DNA of 64,000 nucleotides from Clostridia bacterium (GCA_017631635.1 JAGBSX010000048.1:5626-69625); one strand, 5' to 3'; counted from the first letter of the stretch, positions 46,417 through 57,502 are shown. Notes: a model not told the origin generated them from the sequence alone. Program-made: numbers and translations.

Positions 46417-47319
46417 ATGGACAAGAAATTGAGAGGTAGCATATTTTTACTAGTAGCGTCGATATTTTGGGGGAGTGCATTTATTGCCCAAGATGCAGGA
46501 CTAGAGTATCTAGGACCTTATGCTATCAATAGTATGAGGTTTTTGCTAGGAGCATTGTTTATGATACCTCTGGTGATATATAGGAGAAAAGTTATCACGA
46601 GAGACACCTCTATGGAGAACTGGGTAGAGGTGCACGGTCGTAGTAGAAAGGCTGGACTACTATGTGGTATATTTTTGGCTATAGCCACCTCTTTTCAACA
46701 AGTAGGCTTGGTGTATACCACCCCAGGCAAATCAGGATTTATTACTGCTATGTATATCATACTAGTACCTGTACTCATGGCGTTGTTTTTTAAGAAAAGA
46801 CAGGGGTGGAATATATGGGTAGCATGTATAATGAGCGTGATAGGTCTATATCTACTAGGCAACGTAGGTGGAGAGTCTATCAATCTAGGTGACGTGTTGA
46901 CTATGGTGTGTGCATTGTCATTTGCCGTGCATATCATATCCGTCGACAAATATAGTGGTGGCACGGACGGTATAGTATTGTCGCAGTATCAACTACTCTC
47001 TGCAGGAGTGATAGGGCTAGTGATTACCATCCTCTCAGGAGAAGTGGTGACTATATCTGGACTAGTAGGTGGACTACCATACGCGCTATACATAGCGATA
47101 TTTTCGTGTTGCGTAGCCTACACCTGTCAAATACTAGGTCAAAAGGACACCCCACCTGCTATGGCGTGTGTAATTATGAGCCTAGAGTCTGTATTTGCAT
47201 ACGTATTTGATATACTCATCAACGGCGCTGTATTTAGTCTGCGAGAGGGTATAGGAGCATTAGTGATATTTGGAGCGATACTGCTCGCTCAATTGATAAA
47301 TGGAAAAGTAGTGAGGTAA
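46417..47319 (+). CDS. DMT-superfamily (EamA) transporter
   Basis: 300 aa, 10 hydrophobic helices, WGSAFIA motif. Confidence 0.75.
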   Translation: MDKKLRGSIFLLVASIFWGSAFIAQDAGLEYLGPYAINSMRFLLGALFMIPLVIYRRKVITRDTSMENWVEVHGRSRKAGLLCGIFLAIATSFQQVGLVYTTPGKSGFITAMYIILVPVLMALFFKKRQGWNIWVACIMSVIGLYLLGNVGGESINLGDVLTMVCALSFAVHIISVDKYSGGTDGIVLSQYQLLSAGVIGLVITILSGEVVTISGLVGGLPYALYIAIFSCCVAYTCQILGQKDTPPAMACVIMSLESVFAYVFDILINGAVFSLREGIGALVIFGAILLAQLINGKVVR

Positions 47320-47322
47320 ACT

Positions 47323-48366
47323 GTGGCTAAGACTGTAGTAGTAGGTCTGAGTGGTGGCGTAGATAGTTCGGTAGCGACGTATTTGCTCAAGGAGCAAGGC
47401 TACGACGTGATAGGACTATTTATGCGCAACTGGAGAGAACGTGACGGTGGACGTTGTACGGCAGAGGAGGATTATCGCGATGCTAAGTCCGTAGCACGTC
47501 TTTTGGGTGTGCCACTATATACGGTTGATTTTAGCCAAGAGTACCTAGATAGAGTATTTGAACATTTTGTCGAGGAGTACAAGAGAGGTCGCACTCCAAA
47601 TCCAGACGTATTGTGCAATCGTGAGATTAAGTTTGGACCATTTAGAGAGTATGCTATGGACCTAGGCGCAGACTACGTGGCGACAGGGCATTATGCAGGT
47701 ATCAAGCACGAGGGAGATAGACACTATCTACTGCGCTCTACCGACGACAACAAGGACCAGACGTATTTTTTGCATCAATGTAGCGAGGAGCAGTTGTCAA
47801 ACGTGCTATTCCCTCTCGATACTATATCCAAGCCCGAAGTGAGAGAGATAGCCACCAAACTAGGGCTAACGACTGCTACCAAGAAGGATAGTACGGGTAT
47901 ATGTTTCATAGGAGAGAGAAATTTTAGAGAGTTTTTGTCCAGTTATATCCCTATGCAAGACGGAGATATAGTGTGCGACGGCGAGGTAGTGGGCAGACAC
48001 CACGGAGTATACTACTACACCATAGGACAGCGAAAAGGTCTGGGAGTAGGTGGCGAAGGTGGTAGATGGTTTGTCACAGCCAAAGACGTGGAGAAGAATA
48101 TACTCTACGTATCCCACGGAGACGAGAGTGTACTGATGAGAGATAGTATACTCCTTGAGGATATGCATTGGATCAACGGTATGCCTAAGATAGATAGGGT
48201 GACGGCACGCATTAGACATCGCCAACCTCTGCAAGATGCTACCTACGAGGTAGTGGGCGATAGTGTGAGAGTGGTATTTGACGAGCCACAGAGAGCCCCT
48301 GCTAGTGGACAATATTGCGTCCTCTATGACGGTATGGTATGTCTAGGCGGTGGAGTTATAAAATAA
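47323..48366 (+). CDS. mnmA: tRNA 2-thiouridine(34) synthase
   Basis: VVGLSGGVDSSV PP-loop, NPDVLCN, KDQTYFL. GTG start. Confidence 0.9.
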   Translation: MAKTVVVGLSGGVDSSVATYLLKEQGYDVIGLFMRNWRERDGGRCTAEEDYRDAKSVARLLGVPLYTVDFSQEYLDRVFEHFVEEYKRGRTPNPDVLCNREIKFGPFREYAMDLGADYVATGHYAGIKHEGDRHYLLRSTDDNKDQTYFLHQCSEEQLSNVLFPLDTISKPEVREIATKLGLTTATKKDSTGICFIGERNFREFLSSYIPMQDGDIVCDGEVVGRHHGVYYYTIGQRKGLGVGGEGGRWFVTAKDVEKNILYVSHGDESVLMRDSILLEDMHWINGMPKIDRVTARIRHRQPLQDATYEVVGDSVRVVFDEPQRAPASGQYCVLYDGMVCLGGGVIK

Positions 48367-48496
48367 GAATTTTGCGTGATGCAAAATTTATAAATTTAGA
48401 CTATTTTATCAAAAAGTGCAACTACAAACAAAATAAGTTTGACAATTAACAATATGCTTGATAAGATATCAAATAGCCAATCTAGGAGGGTTGAAC

Positions 48497-49822
48497 ATGA
48501 AGAAGAAAATAACTGCCGTAGTAGTAGGATTTGGAGATAGATCAGGCATATACGTTAGAGAAGGATACAAGCATAGACCAGACGATTTTGAGGTAGTAGC
48601 CGTAGTAGATCCAGACGACGTTAGACTAAAACTCGCCAAGGACACCTACTCTCTAGAGGATAGTATGCTATATCACTCTATCGACGAAGTACTCTCTCAA
48701 GGCAAGATAGCAGATTGCGTTATCAATGGTACTATGGACCAATACCATATAGAGACTGCCGTACCTTTCCTCAAGCAAGGATACGATATGCTACTCGAGA
48801 AGCCTGTATGCAACAACCTAGATGACCTCATGATGATTAGAAATACTGCCGAGGAGTATGGTTGCAAACTTATCATTTGTCACGTGCTACGATACAGTCC
48901 ATTTTATGCCCTCATCAAGAAGATAATTAATTCGGGCGAGATAGGTACTATCATGAGTATGGAGACTAGCGAGAGAGTAGGCGTAGCACACTCTAGCGTG
49001 TCATATATCAGAGGTAAGTGGAACAAGGAGTCTTACTGTGGATCTGGTATGCTACTAGCCAAGTGCTGTCACGATATCGACCTAGCTTGCTGGCTAAACA
49101 ACGCTACCAAGCCTGTCAAAGTTATCTCCGTAGGAGGTAGAGATTTTGTCAATCCTACATATGCCCCAGAGGGAGCAGGTGAGAGATGTATGGTGGATTG
49201 TCCACACAACTCTACTTGCAAATATAGCGCAGAGAATCTATACATCGAGCACGAGACTCTACCATGGCTACCTTTCCAATGCACAGGTAGACTACACACC
49301 GACCTCACTGAAGAGGAGAAGATAGAGAGTCTCAAGACCACCAATCCTCACGGCGTATGCGCATACAAGACTGATATGGATATAGTAGACCACCAGACCG
49401 TGACTATACAGTTTGCCAATGGTTCTACCCTCAATCACACTATGACTCAAGGCTCTATCAGAGCAGGTCGCAATATCTTTATCCAAGGTACTGACGGCGA
49501 GATAGAGGGTTGGGCAGAGACAGGCGAATTCGTAGTACGTACTTGGGACTACGATAGCAAGTCATATATAGAGAAGAAGTATGATATGAAGGCAGAGGGC
49601 AACAACGAGAGAGGACACTTTGGTGGAGACCAGGGAATAGTGGACGAATTCCTCACTCTCATCAAGGGTGGCACACCATCAGTATCTTGTACACATATCA
49701 CCGACTCTATCTACGGACACCTATGCGTATTCGCAGCAGAGAAGAGTAGGCTATCGGGTGGTATACCATACGTCATATCCTATGACGAGGGAGACATCAC
49801 CATCAAGCGAATAGATGAATAA
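48497..49822 (+). CDS. Gfo/Idh/MocA-family oxidoreductase
   Basis: N-terminal Rossmann VVVGFGDRSG and an EKP motif. ATG 48497 follows AGGAGGG. Confidence 0.75.
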   Translation: MKKKITAVVVGFGDRSGIYVREGYKHRPDDFEVVAVVDPDDVRLKLAKDTYSLEDSMLYHSIDEVLSQGKIADCVINGTMDQYHIETAVPFLKQGYDMLLEKPVCNNLDDLMMIRNTAEEYGCKLIICHVLRYSPFYALIKKIINSGEIGTIMSMETSERVGVAHSSVSYIRGKWNKESYCGSGMLLAKCCHDIDLACWLNNATKPVKVISVGGRDFVNPTYAPEGAGERCMVDCPHNSTCKYSAENLYIEHETLPWLPFQCTGRLHTDLTEEEKIESLKTTNPHGVCAYKTDMDIVDHQTVTIQFANGSTLNHTMTQGSIRAGRNIFIQGTDGEIEGWAETGEFVVRTWDYDSKSYIEKKYDMKAEGNNERGHFGGDQGIVDEFLTLIKGGTPSVSCTHITDSIYGHLCVFAAEKSRLSGGIPYVISYDEGDITIKRIDE

Positions 49823-49914
49823 ACAGATAGACGGCTCACACGAGCCGTTTTTTGATGCTTTTTTACAATTAAAAACCCCTATGGCGTAGTGCCACAGGGG
49901 TATTGTTGACGTGA

Positions 49915-50700
49915 TTAGATTTCGTCCTTGTATATTTCTTTGAAGTACTTGTAGGTGTCTACCTTTAGTTCGCCACAAGCAGGCTCATCACATACGATTA
50001 TGCCGTCTTTGTGTAGTTGGAGAGCGCTGATAGTCCACGCGTGGTCTACGCCACCTTCGACACAATGGCGCAACGCACGTGCCTTGTTGTGACCATTGAT
50101 GATGAGCATGACTTGCTTGGAGTCGCATACAGTACCTACGCCTACGGATAGAGCAGTCTTGGGGACTAGGTTGACGTCTCCACCAAAGAAACGTGAGTTG
50201 ACTATGAGGGTGTCCTCGGTCAATGCGCGCACGCCAGTCCTCGAGGTGAGAGATGTAAATGGCTCGTTGAAGGCTATGTGTCCGTCTACGCCACTACCAC
50301 CCATAAATAGGTCTATACCACCGTAAGATGCGATCTTCTCCTCATAGCGAGCGCACTCTGCCTCTAGGTCCTCAGCCATACCGTCTAGGATATTGATATT
50401 CTCTCTAGGTATGTCGATATGATTGAAGAAATTGTCGTGCATGAAGTACCAATAACTCTGGTCGTGGTCCTTGGGCAAGCCTACGTATTCGTCCATATTG
50501 AAGGTGACTACGTTCTTGAAGGTGACTAGACCTGCTTTGTTCATCTCTATCAAGTTCTTGTATACGCCTAGTGGAGATGAGCCGGTAGGCAAGCCGAGTA
50601 CAAAAGGACGGTCTTCTTTGTGATTGTTGATAGCATTGGCGATATGCTGAGCACCCCATAGGCTCACGTCGGCATAATTATCTTTGATGATTAATTTCAT
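49915..50700 (-). CDS. nagB: glucosamine-6-phosphate deaminase
   Basis: [31 protein letters not shown]-like motifs. Confidence 0.9.
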   Translation of the reverse strand: MKLIIKDNYADVSLWGAQHIANAINNHKEDRPFVLGLPTGSSPLGVYKNLIEMNKAGLVTFKNVVTFNMDEYVGLPKDHDQSYWYFMHDNFFNHIDIPRENINILDGMAEDLEAECARYEEKIASYGGIDLFMGGSGVDGHIAFNEPFTSLTSRTGVRALTEDTLIVNSRFFGGDVNLVPKTALSVGVGTVCDSKQVMLIINGHNKARALRHCVEGGVDHAWTISALQLHKDGIIVCDEPACGELKVDTYKYFKEIYKDEI

Positions 50701-50881
50701 AATTCGCTCCTTGATGATTTATTTTCAACTAATTATACTACAATTTAACTGTGTTGTAAAGAGATTTGAGATATTTGGCGCATATACTCTCTAATTGGGC
50801 GAAACGTATACCTCTCTATACTTATCTCCCCAATATATAAGTGCACCAACGCAGTATCGCAGGTGCACTATATAGCGAATA

Positions 50882-51667
50882 TTATTTTTTCTTGGTGGCT
50901 ACCTTTTTGGTCGAGGTAGCACGCTTGCGAGGAGTGCGAGCAGGCTTGACTTTCTTGACGCGTATGTAATAATTGATACACTTCTTGTCTCCTGCGCCCT
51001 CTCTGGCATCTATTTCAAATCCATCTAGAGTCTTGACAAAATTGGACGTCTTGGAGTGACCAAATACTCTGGAGTCGTAGTCAGGCAATCTCTTGGAGAG
51101 TATATTGAATACGTCGCTGAGAGATACCCAACCGTCTTTGTCTTCGTCTAGTTCGGGTATGATATTGAGGAGGGTAGATGCTACCACCTCTTTGGTGAGA
51201 GAGGTCTGCTCGTGAGAGATACTATCCTCTTTGAGCACGTCTAGGTACACGAACTTGTCGCAAGTGGCTGTGAAAGATTTGGGGGCTTTTTTCTCTCCCA
51301 TACCTATCACGTATTTGCCAGACTCACGCAGTCTAGTGCATAGTTTGGTAAAGTCGCTGTCCGACGACGCTATACAAAAACCGTCTACGTTGCCACTATA
51401 TAGTATATCCATAGCGTCTATAATCATAGAGGAGTCGGTACTATTCTTGCCAGTGGTGTAGTTAAACTGTTGGACGGGGGTGAGTGCGTGAGCGAGTAGT
51501 ATGCTTTTCCACGATTCTGCGCCCTTGGAGGTCCAGTTGCCGTATAGTCTCTTGTAGGTGACGATACCGTATTTGCTAAGTTCATCTAGTATAGCCGTTA
51601 TGTATTTTGGCGATATGTTTTCGCTATCTATGAGTAGTGCGAATTTTTTGTCTAATAAATTTTGCAT
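50882..51667 (-). CDS. NYN-domain protein with a C-terminal OST-HTH/LOTUS-like region
   Basis: FALLIDSENISPKY...YGNW...ASSDSDF are typical of NYN/LabA-like RNases. Confidence 0.7.
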   Translation of the reverse strand: MQNLLDKKFALLIDSENISPKYITAILDELSKYGIVTYKRLYGNWTSKGAESWKSILLAHALTPVQQFNYTTGKNSTDSSMIIDAMDILYSGNVDGFCIASSDSDFTKLCTRLRESGKYVIGMGEKKAPKSFTATCDKFVYLDVLKEDSISHEQTSLTKEVVASTLLNIIPELDEDKDGWVSLSDVFNILSKRLPDYDSRVFGHSKTSNFVKTLDGFEIDAREGAGDKKCINYYIRVKKVKPARTPRKRATSTKKVATKKK

Positions 51668-51710
51668 AATTCAATCTCCACGACTATTATGCGATACATT
51701 AGCGCTTTTG

Positions 51711-52013
51711 TCAACGACTTTTTGATGATTTTGATACGTAAATTGCCAATTTTTTGACTAGGTGAGAGGATAGCATACCTCCCACTATGCATAGAGGGGT
51801 ATATAGTCTCAACCTACCGTAATCGTATAGGTACGCCACCACTCCTACTATTAGGTACGAGGCTAGCACTATCATCACGTCTACCACTACCCTGAGCCAT
51901 TTGATAGTCAGTCTGCGAGTGAGCAGTGTGATGATAGTAGATAGCGCATATACGACTACCCCTGTGAGAAATAGTATCAGCGCGACGTAAGGTTGATAAG
52001 TAGTGGATATCAT
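51711..52013 (-). CDS. yabQ: spore cortex biosynthesis protein YabQ-like membrane protein
   Basis: 100 aa, 3 TM, 4-nt overlap downstream of yabP. The call rests on conserved synteny. Confidence 0.55.
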   Translation of the reverse strand: MISTTYQPYVALILFLTGVVVYALSTIITLLTRRLTIKWLRVVVDVMIVLASYLIVGVVAYLYDYGRLRLYTPLCIVGGMLSSHLVKKLAIYVSKSSKSR

Positions 52014-52255
52014 TTCAATATTTTTTTCAACAAGCCTTGCCCTTGCCCCGAGCTATATCTCATAGAGGATATATCCCCCTCTATATCGGCGATTTTGCCT
52101 ACTGTGTCTATGCGAGTGAGTGACAGATGATCGCCACCTATGGAGAGTTTTTTGTCCTCTAGTGCTAGCAATATCTCTTTGTCGTTGTACCTAATCACCG
52201 ATTTGACACCTTCTACGTGTAGACTAGAGTGGTCTACTAGGCATAATTTGTGCAT
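52010..52255 (-). CDS. yabP: sporulation protein YabP
   Basis: 81 aa. L.VEGVKSV..YNDKEI.L......L.I.G..L....L... pattern of YabP. Confidence 0.7.
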   Translation of the reverse strand: MHKLCLVDHSSLHVEGVKSVIRYNDKEILLALEDKKLSIGGDHLSLTRIDTVGKIADIEGDISSMRYSSGQGQGLLKKILK

Positions 52256-52256
52256 A

Positions 52257-53735
52257 TCACACCTCTAGGCGTCTATAATATTTGACGATTTCGTTCTCTC
52301 GTAGAGGTAGCGACAAGTCTGGATTTTGAGCCAATATATCTTCGCTAGAGGCGCATATTTGTTTGCACACCTCCCACATACTCTCTCCAGGCTTAATTCT
52401 CTTGAGCATTAGAGGAGGTAGAGGTGGCATATCATCTGTCAAGGACACCTCTTTCACGGCTAGCACACTATCGTCTTCAAATATAGCGATAGAGACAAAT
52501 GCGTCTATAGATACTTCTATACGGCCGTTTTTGATGCTAGGCATCACGTCTGCCACGCACACTCTAGATAGTAGGGTGCTATGAGGGTGTATATTCACAG
52601 ACGAGACGTCGATAGCGAAGGGTATCTCGAGGGTAGAGCAGGAGTATATGCCGTCTATAGTGTACACGGCGTCTATGTCCACCACACCCTCTACTCTAGC
52701 ATTTGTATTGTCTGCGACTACGCTAGAGAGGTAGATATTGCGTATAGAGGTGCTAGCCACGGCGTCAGCATTTGAGAGTATGACGCCCTCTAGCCTCTCG
52801 CTATGAGTGATAGTACCTAGATATCTGCCGTATGGTATCATAGCGCTATCTATGGTGGTGGTGTGGTCGGTGGAGAAGCAATCTCTCACTACCTCGTGCG
52901 AGTAGGAGCGTAGGGCGTAGGTCTTGAGAGAAATGGAGCATTCTACCTCTAGGGTGGTATCCTGTCCTTCTCCGGAGAGATTGATGCGAGCATTTTTGAC
53001 GTAGCCTAGCGAAAATGCCTCGTCTGTCTCCATAGCACCGTCTACAAATATCTCTTCGCTAAAGGGTATAGTCACTCTCTTGCACTTCACCTTGCCGTCA
53101 TTGTCGTAGGTGACCGTGCTATACACCTCTCCATTTACGGTGACTTTGTCGCGAGATAGCGCGCTAGAGGAGATGACTAGATTGTTTTCTATTAGCAATA
53201 TATTTGATATATTTTCGCCGACAGACACCTCTTCGGAAGATATGAGGTCGCTACTTCCTCTGCCCACTAGACAAGTGGACTGTATAGTGTCTAGGTCTTG
53301 GATAATACTCTCGTCTGCACCTAGTATCTCTATCTCACTAGAGAGTATAGCATATACTTGTATGCAGATAGCAGAGGTGACTTTTATCTCACTATCGCTA
53401 CGAGTAGACACTTCGCTATCTACCACGTCTGCCACGCACACTAGAGGGGTGGTGGGTGTGATGAGAGTATTTGAGTACTTGGTGGAGAAATCACTCACGT
53501 AGTCCATAGTACGCAACGCGCCGTTTTCGTCTAGGTATATGGCACGGTGACACACCTTGCCTCTGATGATAGCCTCGCCAGATAGCGATTCGCTACCTTC
53601 TATCGTGCAAGATGAGGACAATGAGAGCAATTTGTCTATCTGGGCCCCACCCCTAGTACTCATATAACACTCTACTGCCGTGGAGATAGAGGTTAGAGAG
53701 GTAAATCTGTCACATTTTAGAGATTGTGTATTCAT
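52257..53735 (-). CDS. DUF3794-like repeat protein with a C-terminal LysM-like domain (sporulation-associated?)
   Basis: ATG 53735 chosen. The upstream 58 codons of the track ORF are AT-rich promoter sequence. The C-terminus (KPGESMWEVCKQICASSEDILAQNPDL) looks LysM-like. Confidence 0.5.
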   Translation of the reverse strand: MNTQSLKCDRFTSLTSISTAVECYMSTRGGAQIDKLLSLSSSCTIEGSESLSGEAIIRGKVCHRAIYLDENGALRTMDYVSDFSTKYSNTLITPTTPLVCVADVVDSEVSTRSDSEIKVTSAICIQVYAILSSEIEILGADESIIQDLDTIQSTCLVGRGSSDLISSEEVSVGENISNILLIENNLVISSSALSRDKVTVNGEVYSTVTYDNDGKVKCKRVTIPFSEEIFVDGAMETDEAFSLGYVKNARINLSGEGQDTTLEVECSISLKTYALRSYSHEVVRDCFSTDHTTTIDSAMIPYGRYLGTITHSERLEGVILSNADAVASTSIRNIYLSSVVADNTNARVEGVVDIDAVYTIDGIYSCSTLEIPFAIDVSSVNIHPHSTLLSRVCVADVMPSIKNGRIEVSIDAFVSIAIFEDDSVLAVKEVSLTDDMPPLPPLMLKRIKPGESMWEVCKQICASSEDILAQNPDLSLPLRENEIVKYYRRLEV

Positions 53736-53871
53736 ATGGTCACTCCTATTGGTTTTTGTATAATTTATGAGGTGTCTAGGTAGGATATGACTAAATTTTT
53801 GGTGAGGAGGTAGGCTGTCCAAGTTATTGACACGAGGTATCAAAAGTATTATAATAATAATGAGGTAGATT

Positions 53872-54957
53872 ATGTACGTGAGAAGATTGACACTTCGCCA
53901 GTTTCGCAACTACGTCGAGCAGACGGTAGATTTGGGAGCAGGGCTAAATATATTTTGTGGAGACAATGCAGAGGGCAAGACAAATCTGCTAGAGAGTCTC
54001 TACGTCTTTGGCGTGGGTAGGTCTCCTCGTACTACGCAGGACAAGGACCTCGTCAATTTTGCCTCAAATCAAGCATATATTAGGGCAGACGTCGTCAAGA
54101 CTCACTCCAACCACAAGGTCGAGATACACTTTTCGCAGTCCAAGAAGCGTATCGCCATAGACGGTATGCCTATATCTAGACTAGGCGAACTAATGGGTGT
54201 GGTCAACGTGGTGTATTTTTCTCCAGACGAGATGGCTATTATCAAAGAAGAGCCTATGTTGAGGAGGAGATTTTTGGATATATCTCTATCCCAGCAGTCC
54301 AAGATATATTATTATAGTTTGCTTCGCTACAACAAGATACTTCTCTCTCGCAACAAATTGCTCAAAGAGGGTGAATCACTAGATGATACTCTCCCTGTGT
54401 GGGAGGAGCAATTAGCCAAAGAGGGCGCACGCATTATACGTATGCGTAGGGAGTACGTGCAGATGCTATCATCTCACGCCAAAGAGGCTCACGCCCTACT
54501 CACCCAAGGCAAAGAAATACTCCACGTGGAGTACGAGAGTCAATGTGATGCAGTGCAAGAGGAGCAAATCGCTACGCAACTACTAGAGTTGCTAGTGGCT
54601 AGTAGGGACAAGGACAAGAGACTAGCATATACCACAGTAGGACCTCACCGTGACGATATCAAATTGATGGTGGGAGATATAGATATACGCAAGTACGGTT
54701 CGCAAGGTCAACAACGCACCTCTGCGCTCTCACTCAAACTAGCCGAACTAGAGATATTTAGGCAAGTGACAGGGGAGTACCCTATACTACTACTAGACGA
54801 CGTGTTGAGCGAACTAGACGACACCAGAAAAGAGGCTCTGATGAGAGCAGTTAGCAAGGTGCAGACGATACTCACTTGCACCAAGTACGATATGACACTA
54901 CCCCCTGATGCTAGGGTATTTGCCGTGCATAGAGGTAGTGCGACTATGATAGAATAA
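53872..54957 (+). CDS. recF: DNA replication and repair protein RecF
   Basis: Walker A GDNAEGKTNLLE, signature GSQGQQRT, Walker B LLLDDV. Confidence 0.9.
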   Translation: MYVRRLTLRQFRNYVEQTVDLGAGLNIFCGDNAEGKTNLLESLYVFGVGRSPRTTQDKDLVNFASNQAYIRADVVKTHSNHKVEIHFSQSKKRIAIDGMPISRLGELMGVVNVVYFSPDEMAIIKEEPMLRRRFLDISLSQQSKIYYYSLLRYNKILLSRNKLLKEGESLDDTLPVWEEQLAKEGARIIRMRREYVQMLSSHAKEAHALLTQGKEILHVEYESQCDAVQEEQIATQLLELLVASRDKDKRLAYTTVGPHRDDIKLMVGDIDIRKYGSQGQQRTSALSLKLAELEIFRQVTGEYPILLLDDVLSELDDTRKEALMRAVSKVQTILTCTKYDMTLPPDARVFAVHRGSATMIE

Positions 54958-54967
54958 GGAGGAGATT

Positions 54968-55510
54968 ATGTCCAATACGATAGTAGCACCTAGAGTGCGA
55001 GAAAAAGTAATATATTCGGCGATATTTTTGCTAATCACGACGCTGTTGCCACAGTTTTGCCATTTGATAGGAGGGAGTGCGCTAGCCTCTCAAGTGTCCC
55101 CTATGCACTTGCCTGTATACCTATGCGCGTATTTCGCAGGGCCTATAGGGGCTATGGTGGTAGGACTAGTCGCGCCTATACTATCTAGCGTGCTATTTGG
55201 TATGCCACTATTTCCAGCGCCTATGCTACCTATGTGTGTAGAACTCATGACCTATGGCGCAGTATTTGGATATCTATATAGCAGGCTAAATGCCTCTGGT
55301 CTCAAGAGAGTGGCACTCACGGTAGTATCGCTACTAGTGGCTATGATAGCAGGTAGATTGATGCTACTATGCGCCAACCTATTATTGGTATCAGGCTACG
55401 ATTTTGCCAAACTCATCACCAACGCCGTAGTCAATCAATGGATTGGATTGATTATCCAAATGGTATCAATACCCCTATGCGTGCTACTAGCAGACAAATT
55501 GAAGAAATGA
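54968..55510 (+). CDS. small polytopic membrane protein (ECF S-component-like?)
   Basis: 180 aa, about 5-6 TM. The family guess is weak. Confidence 0.4.
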   Translation: MSNTIVAPRVREKVIYSAIFLLITTLLPQFCHLIGGSALASQVSPMHLPVYLCAYFAGPIGAMVVGLVAPILSSVLFGMPLFPAPMLPMCVELMTYGAVFGYLYSRLNASGLKRVALTVVSLLVAMIAGRLMLLCANLLLVSGYDFAKLITNAVVNQWIGLIIQMVSIPLCVLLADKLKK

Positions 55511-55607
55511 CAAGTATTTGACGATACACACACACTATCTCGACGGATAGTGTGTTTTTTTGTTGAAAAAGTGATAGTTCTCTCACGCATAGAGACATAC
55601 TATATGT

Positions 55608-56675
55608 ATGGACAAGATAATCAAGTGGATATTAGTAAGTGTGGTCGTGACATTGGCGACTGTGGGAGAGGTGGCTCGAGCGACCTATGTATATCCACGC
55701 CAAATAGTAGCAAAAGAGGTCAACGTAGATATCCTCAACCTCTATGGTCGAGACGAGGATAGACTGCGAGATGCTCTCATCAATATAGCCGATCACAAGA
55801 TAGCGCTAGATTATATATCTAGTGGTCTAGGAGACAAGGTGGTAGAGGTGGCTAGAGAGGTGGAGAGAGATGCTAGGGGGGATAGCATAATATTTGAGCC
55901 AAATACTAGCGAAAAGTTTCGCTATATACCTGCTAGGAGTGGTATTAGAGTGAAGTGGGATGAGGTGTACCTAGATGCTATAGAGGTGCTATATGCAGGA
56001 GGAGGAGAGGTCAGGGTGCATACCGAGAGTGTGCCTGCCGAGATTAAGTACGATAAAGGTATAGAGAATTATACTACTCTACGGTCCTCTTTCGTGACGT
56101 ATTTTAATATGGACAATACCTCTAGGGTGCACAATATCACTTTGGCTAGTAGCAGTATATCGGGAGTAGTAGTGAGGGCAGGAGAGAGATTTTCTTTCAA
56201 CGAGGTGGTAGGCAAGCGTACCCTAGGGAGAGGATATAGAGTAGCGCCAGTCATAGTCAAAGGAGAACTAGTAGAGGGAGTAGGAGGAGGTGTGTGTCAA
56301 GTGAGCACCACTCTCTACAACGCAGTCACTCTAGCAGGTCTCAAATCGGTGTGCAAGGTCGCCCACTCTATGCCTGTGACCTACGTAGAGCCATCTAGAG
56401 ACGTGACGGTATCGGAGCATATAGATTATGCATTTGTCAATGATAGTGGAGAGGATATCTATATAGAGTGTGTGGCGAGAGCAAATTATATCAAGGTCAA
56501 TATATATGGCGTACGCACCGACGAGCATATAGATATAGACACGGAGTATATAGACGAAGATGGATATAGATATAGCACGGCGTATATAGTCACCACCAAG
56601 AGAGGAGTAGTAGTATCTAGGAGCAAACTGCGTAGCGACAAATACCTTTTACCATCGCCCACTCCCACCACCTAG
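55608..56675 (+). CDS. VanW-family protein
   Basis: GGGVCQVSTTLYNA motif and an N-terminal anchor. Confidence 0.8.
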   Translation: MDKIIKWILVSVVVTLATVGEVARATYVYPRQIVAKEVNVDILNLYGRDEDRLRDALINIADHKIALDYISSGLGDKVVEVAREVERDARGDSIIFEPNTSEKFRYIPARSGIRVKWDEVYLDAIEVLYAGGGEVRVHTESVPAEIKYDKGIENYTTLRSSFVTYFNMDNTSRVHNITLASSSISGVVVRAGERFSFNEVVGKRTLGRGYRVAPVIVKGELVEGVGGGVCQVSTTLYNAVTLAGLKSVCKVAHSMPVTYVEPSRDVTVSEHIDYAFVNDSGEDIYIECVARANYIKVNIYGVRTDEHIDIDTEYIDEDGYRYSTAYIVTTKRGVVVSRSKLRSDKYLLPSPTPTT

Positions 56676-57048
56676 CCGAGTCCTATTAGGGACTCGGCAA
56701 CTAAATAAATCCTTACGGATTTGTGATATTGCATCGCAGTGTTGCCGAGCAACTTTAGTTGCGAACGCCAACTGCTTTAGCAGTTATATTGCCTATCGGC
56801 AGTTATATTTGCCTACGGCAAGTTAAGGATTTATTTAATATAACTTTGGCGATAGCCAAAATATAACTTTTAGACTTGTCTAAAAATATAACTGTTTGCA
56901 CAGCAAACAATATCACTTTACTTAAAAATCATATGCTTTGCAAAGCAAAAAGAAAAGGATAGCAAAAAATTTTGCTATCCTTTTATATTCCTAAAAAATC
57001 CCTAAGGGCGATGCCCTTAGCCGAATCCCTTGTAGGGACTCGGCTAGG
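56675..57048 (+). repeat. hairpin-array element copy E5
   Basis: Starts at the vanW stop codon. Bounded by near-identical hairpins GCCGAGTCC..GGACTCGGC (56676-56699) and GCCGAATCCC..GGGACTCGGC (57020-57044). Has GTGATATT/GTTATATT then AATATAAC/AATATCAC spacers. Central AAGGATTTATTTA replaces the usual core. Confidence 0.8.
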
Positions 57049-57079
57049 GCTTGCTTTTTGTAGTGTGTATGCGTGTGGT

Positions 57080-57502
57080 TTAGATACTGCGTAGTATCGT
57101 GTTGACGGACTTCATATCTACCTTGCCTGCGTAGTTTTCTTTGAAGTATTTCATTACGCTAGGTACGGATTTGTCCTCTAGGGAGAGTATGATGGTCTTG
57201 ATCTCGTCATCACTCATCATCTTGGGCTTGTAGATAGAGATTACTTCTATTTGCCTATTGAGAGAGGCTACGCTATCCTCTCTGCCTGCTCTAGCGAAGG
57301 CGTCACGCTCCTCTATCAGTTCTTTCTCTACCTTTCCAATTGCCGAATATACGTCGGCGTCGGTGAGTTCTTCGCCCTTTGCCTTCTTCTCTATGGAGAG
57401 TAGCATCACTCTATTGATGAGAGTGTTGAAGGCAGATACGGCGTCTTTGTCTTTTTGTTTCATAGCGTCTATTTTGGCTCTTTTGATATCGTCAAATAGC
57501 AT
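57080..57502 (-). CDS. GatB/YqeY domain-containing protein
   Basis: 140 aa. MKQKDKDAVSAFNTL... and a C-terminal GKVDMKSVNTILRS are typical of YqeY. Confidence 0.8.
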   Translation of the reverse strand: MLFDDIKRAKIDAMKQKDKDAVSAFNTLINRVMLLSIEKKAKGEELTDADVYSAIGKVEKELIEERDAFARAGREDSVASLNRQIEVISIYKPKMMSDDEIKTIILSLEDKSVPSVMKYFKENYAGKVDMKSVNTILRSI

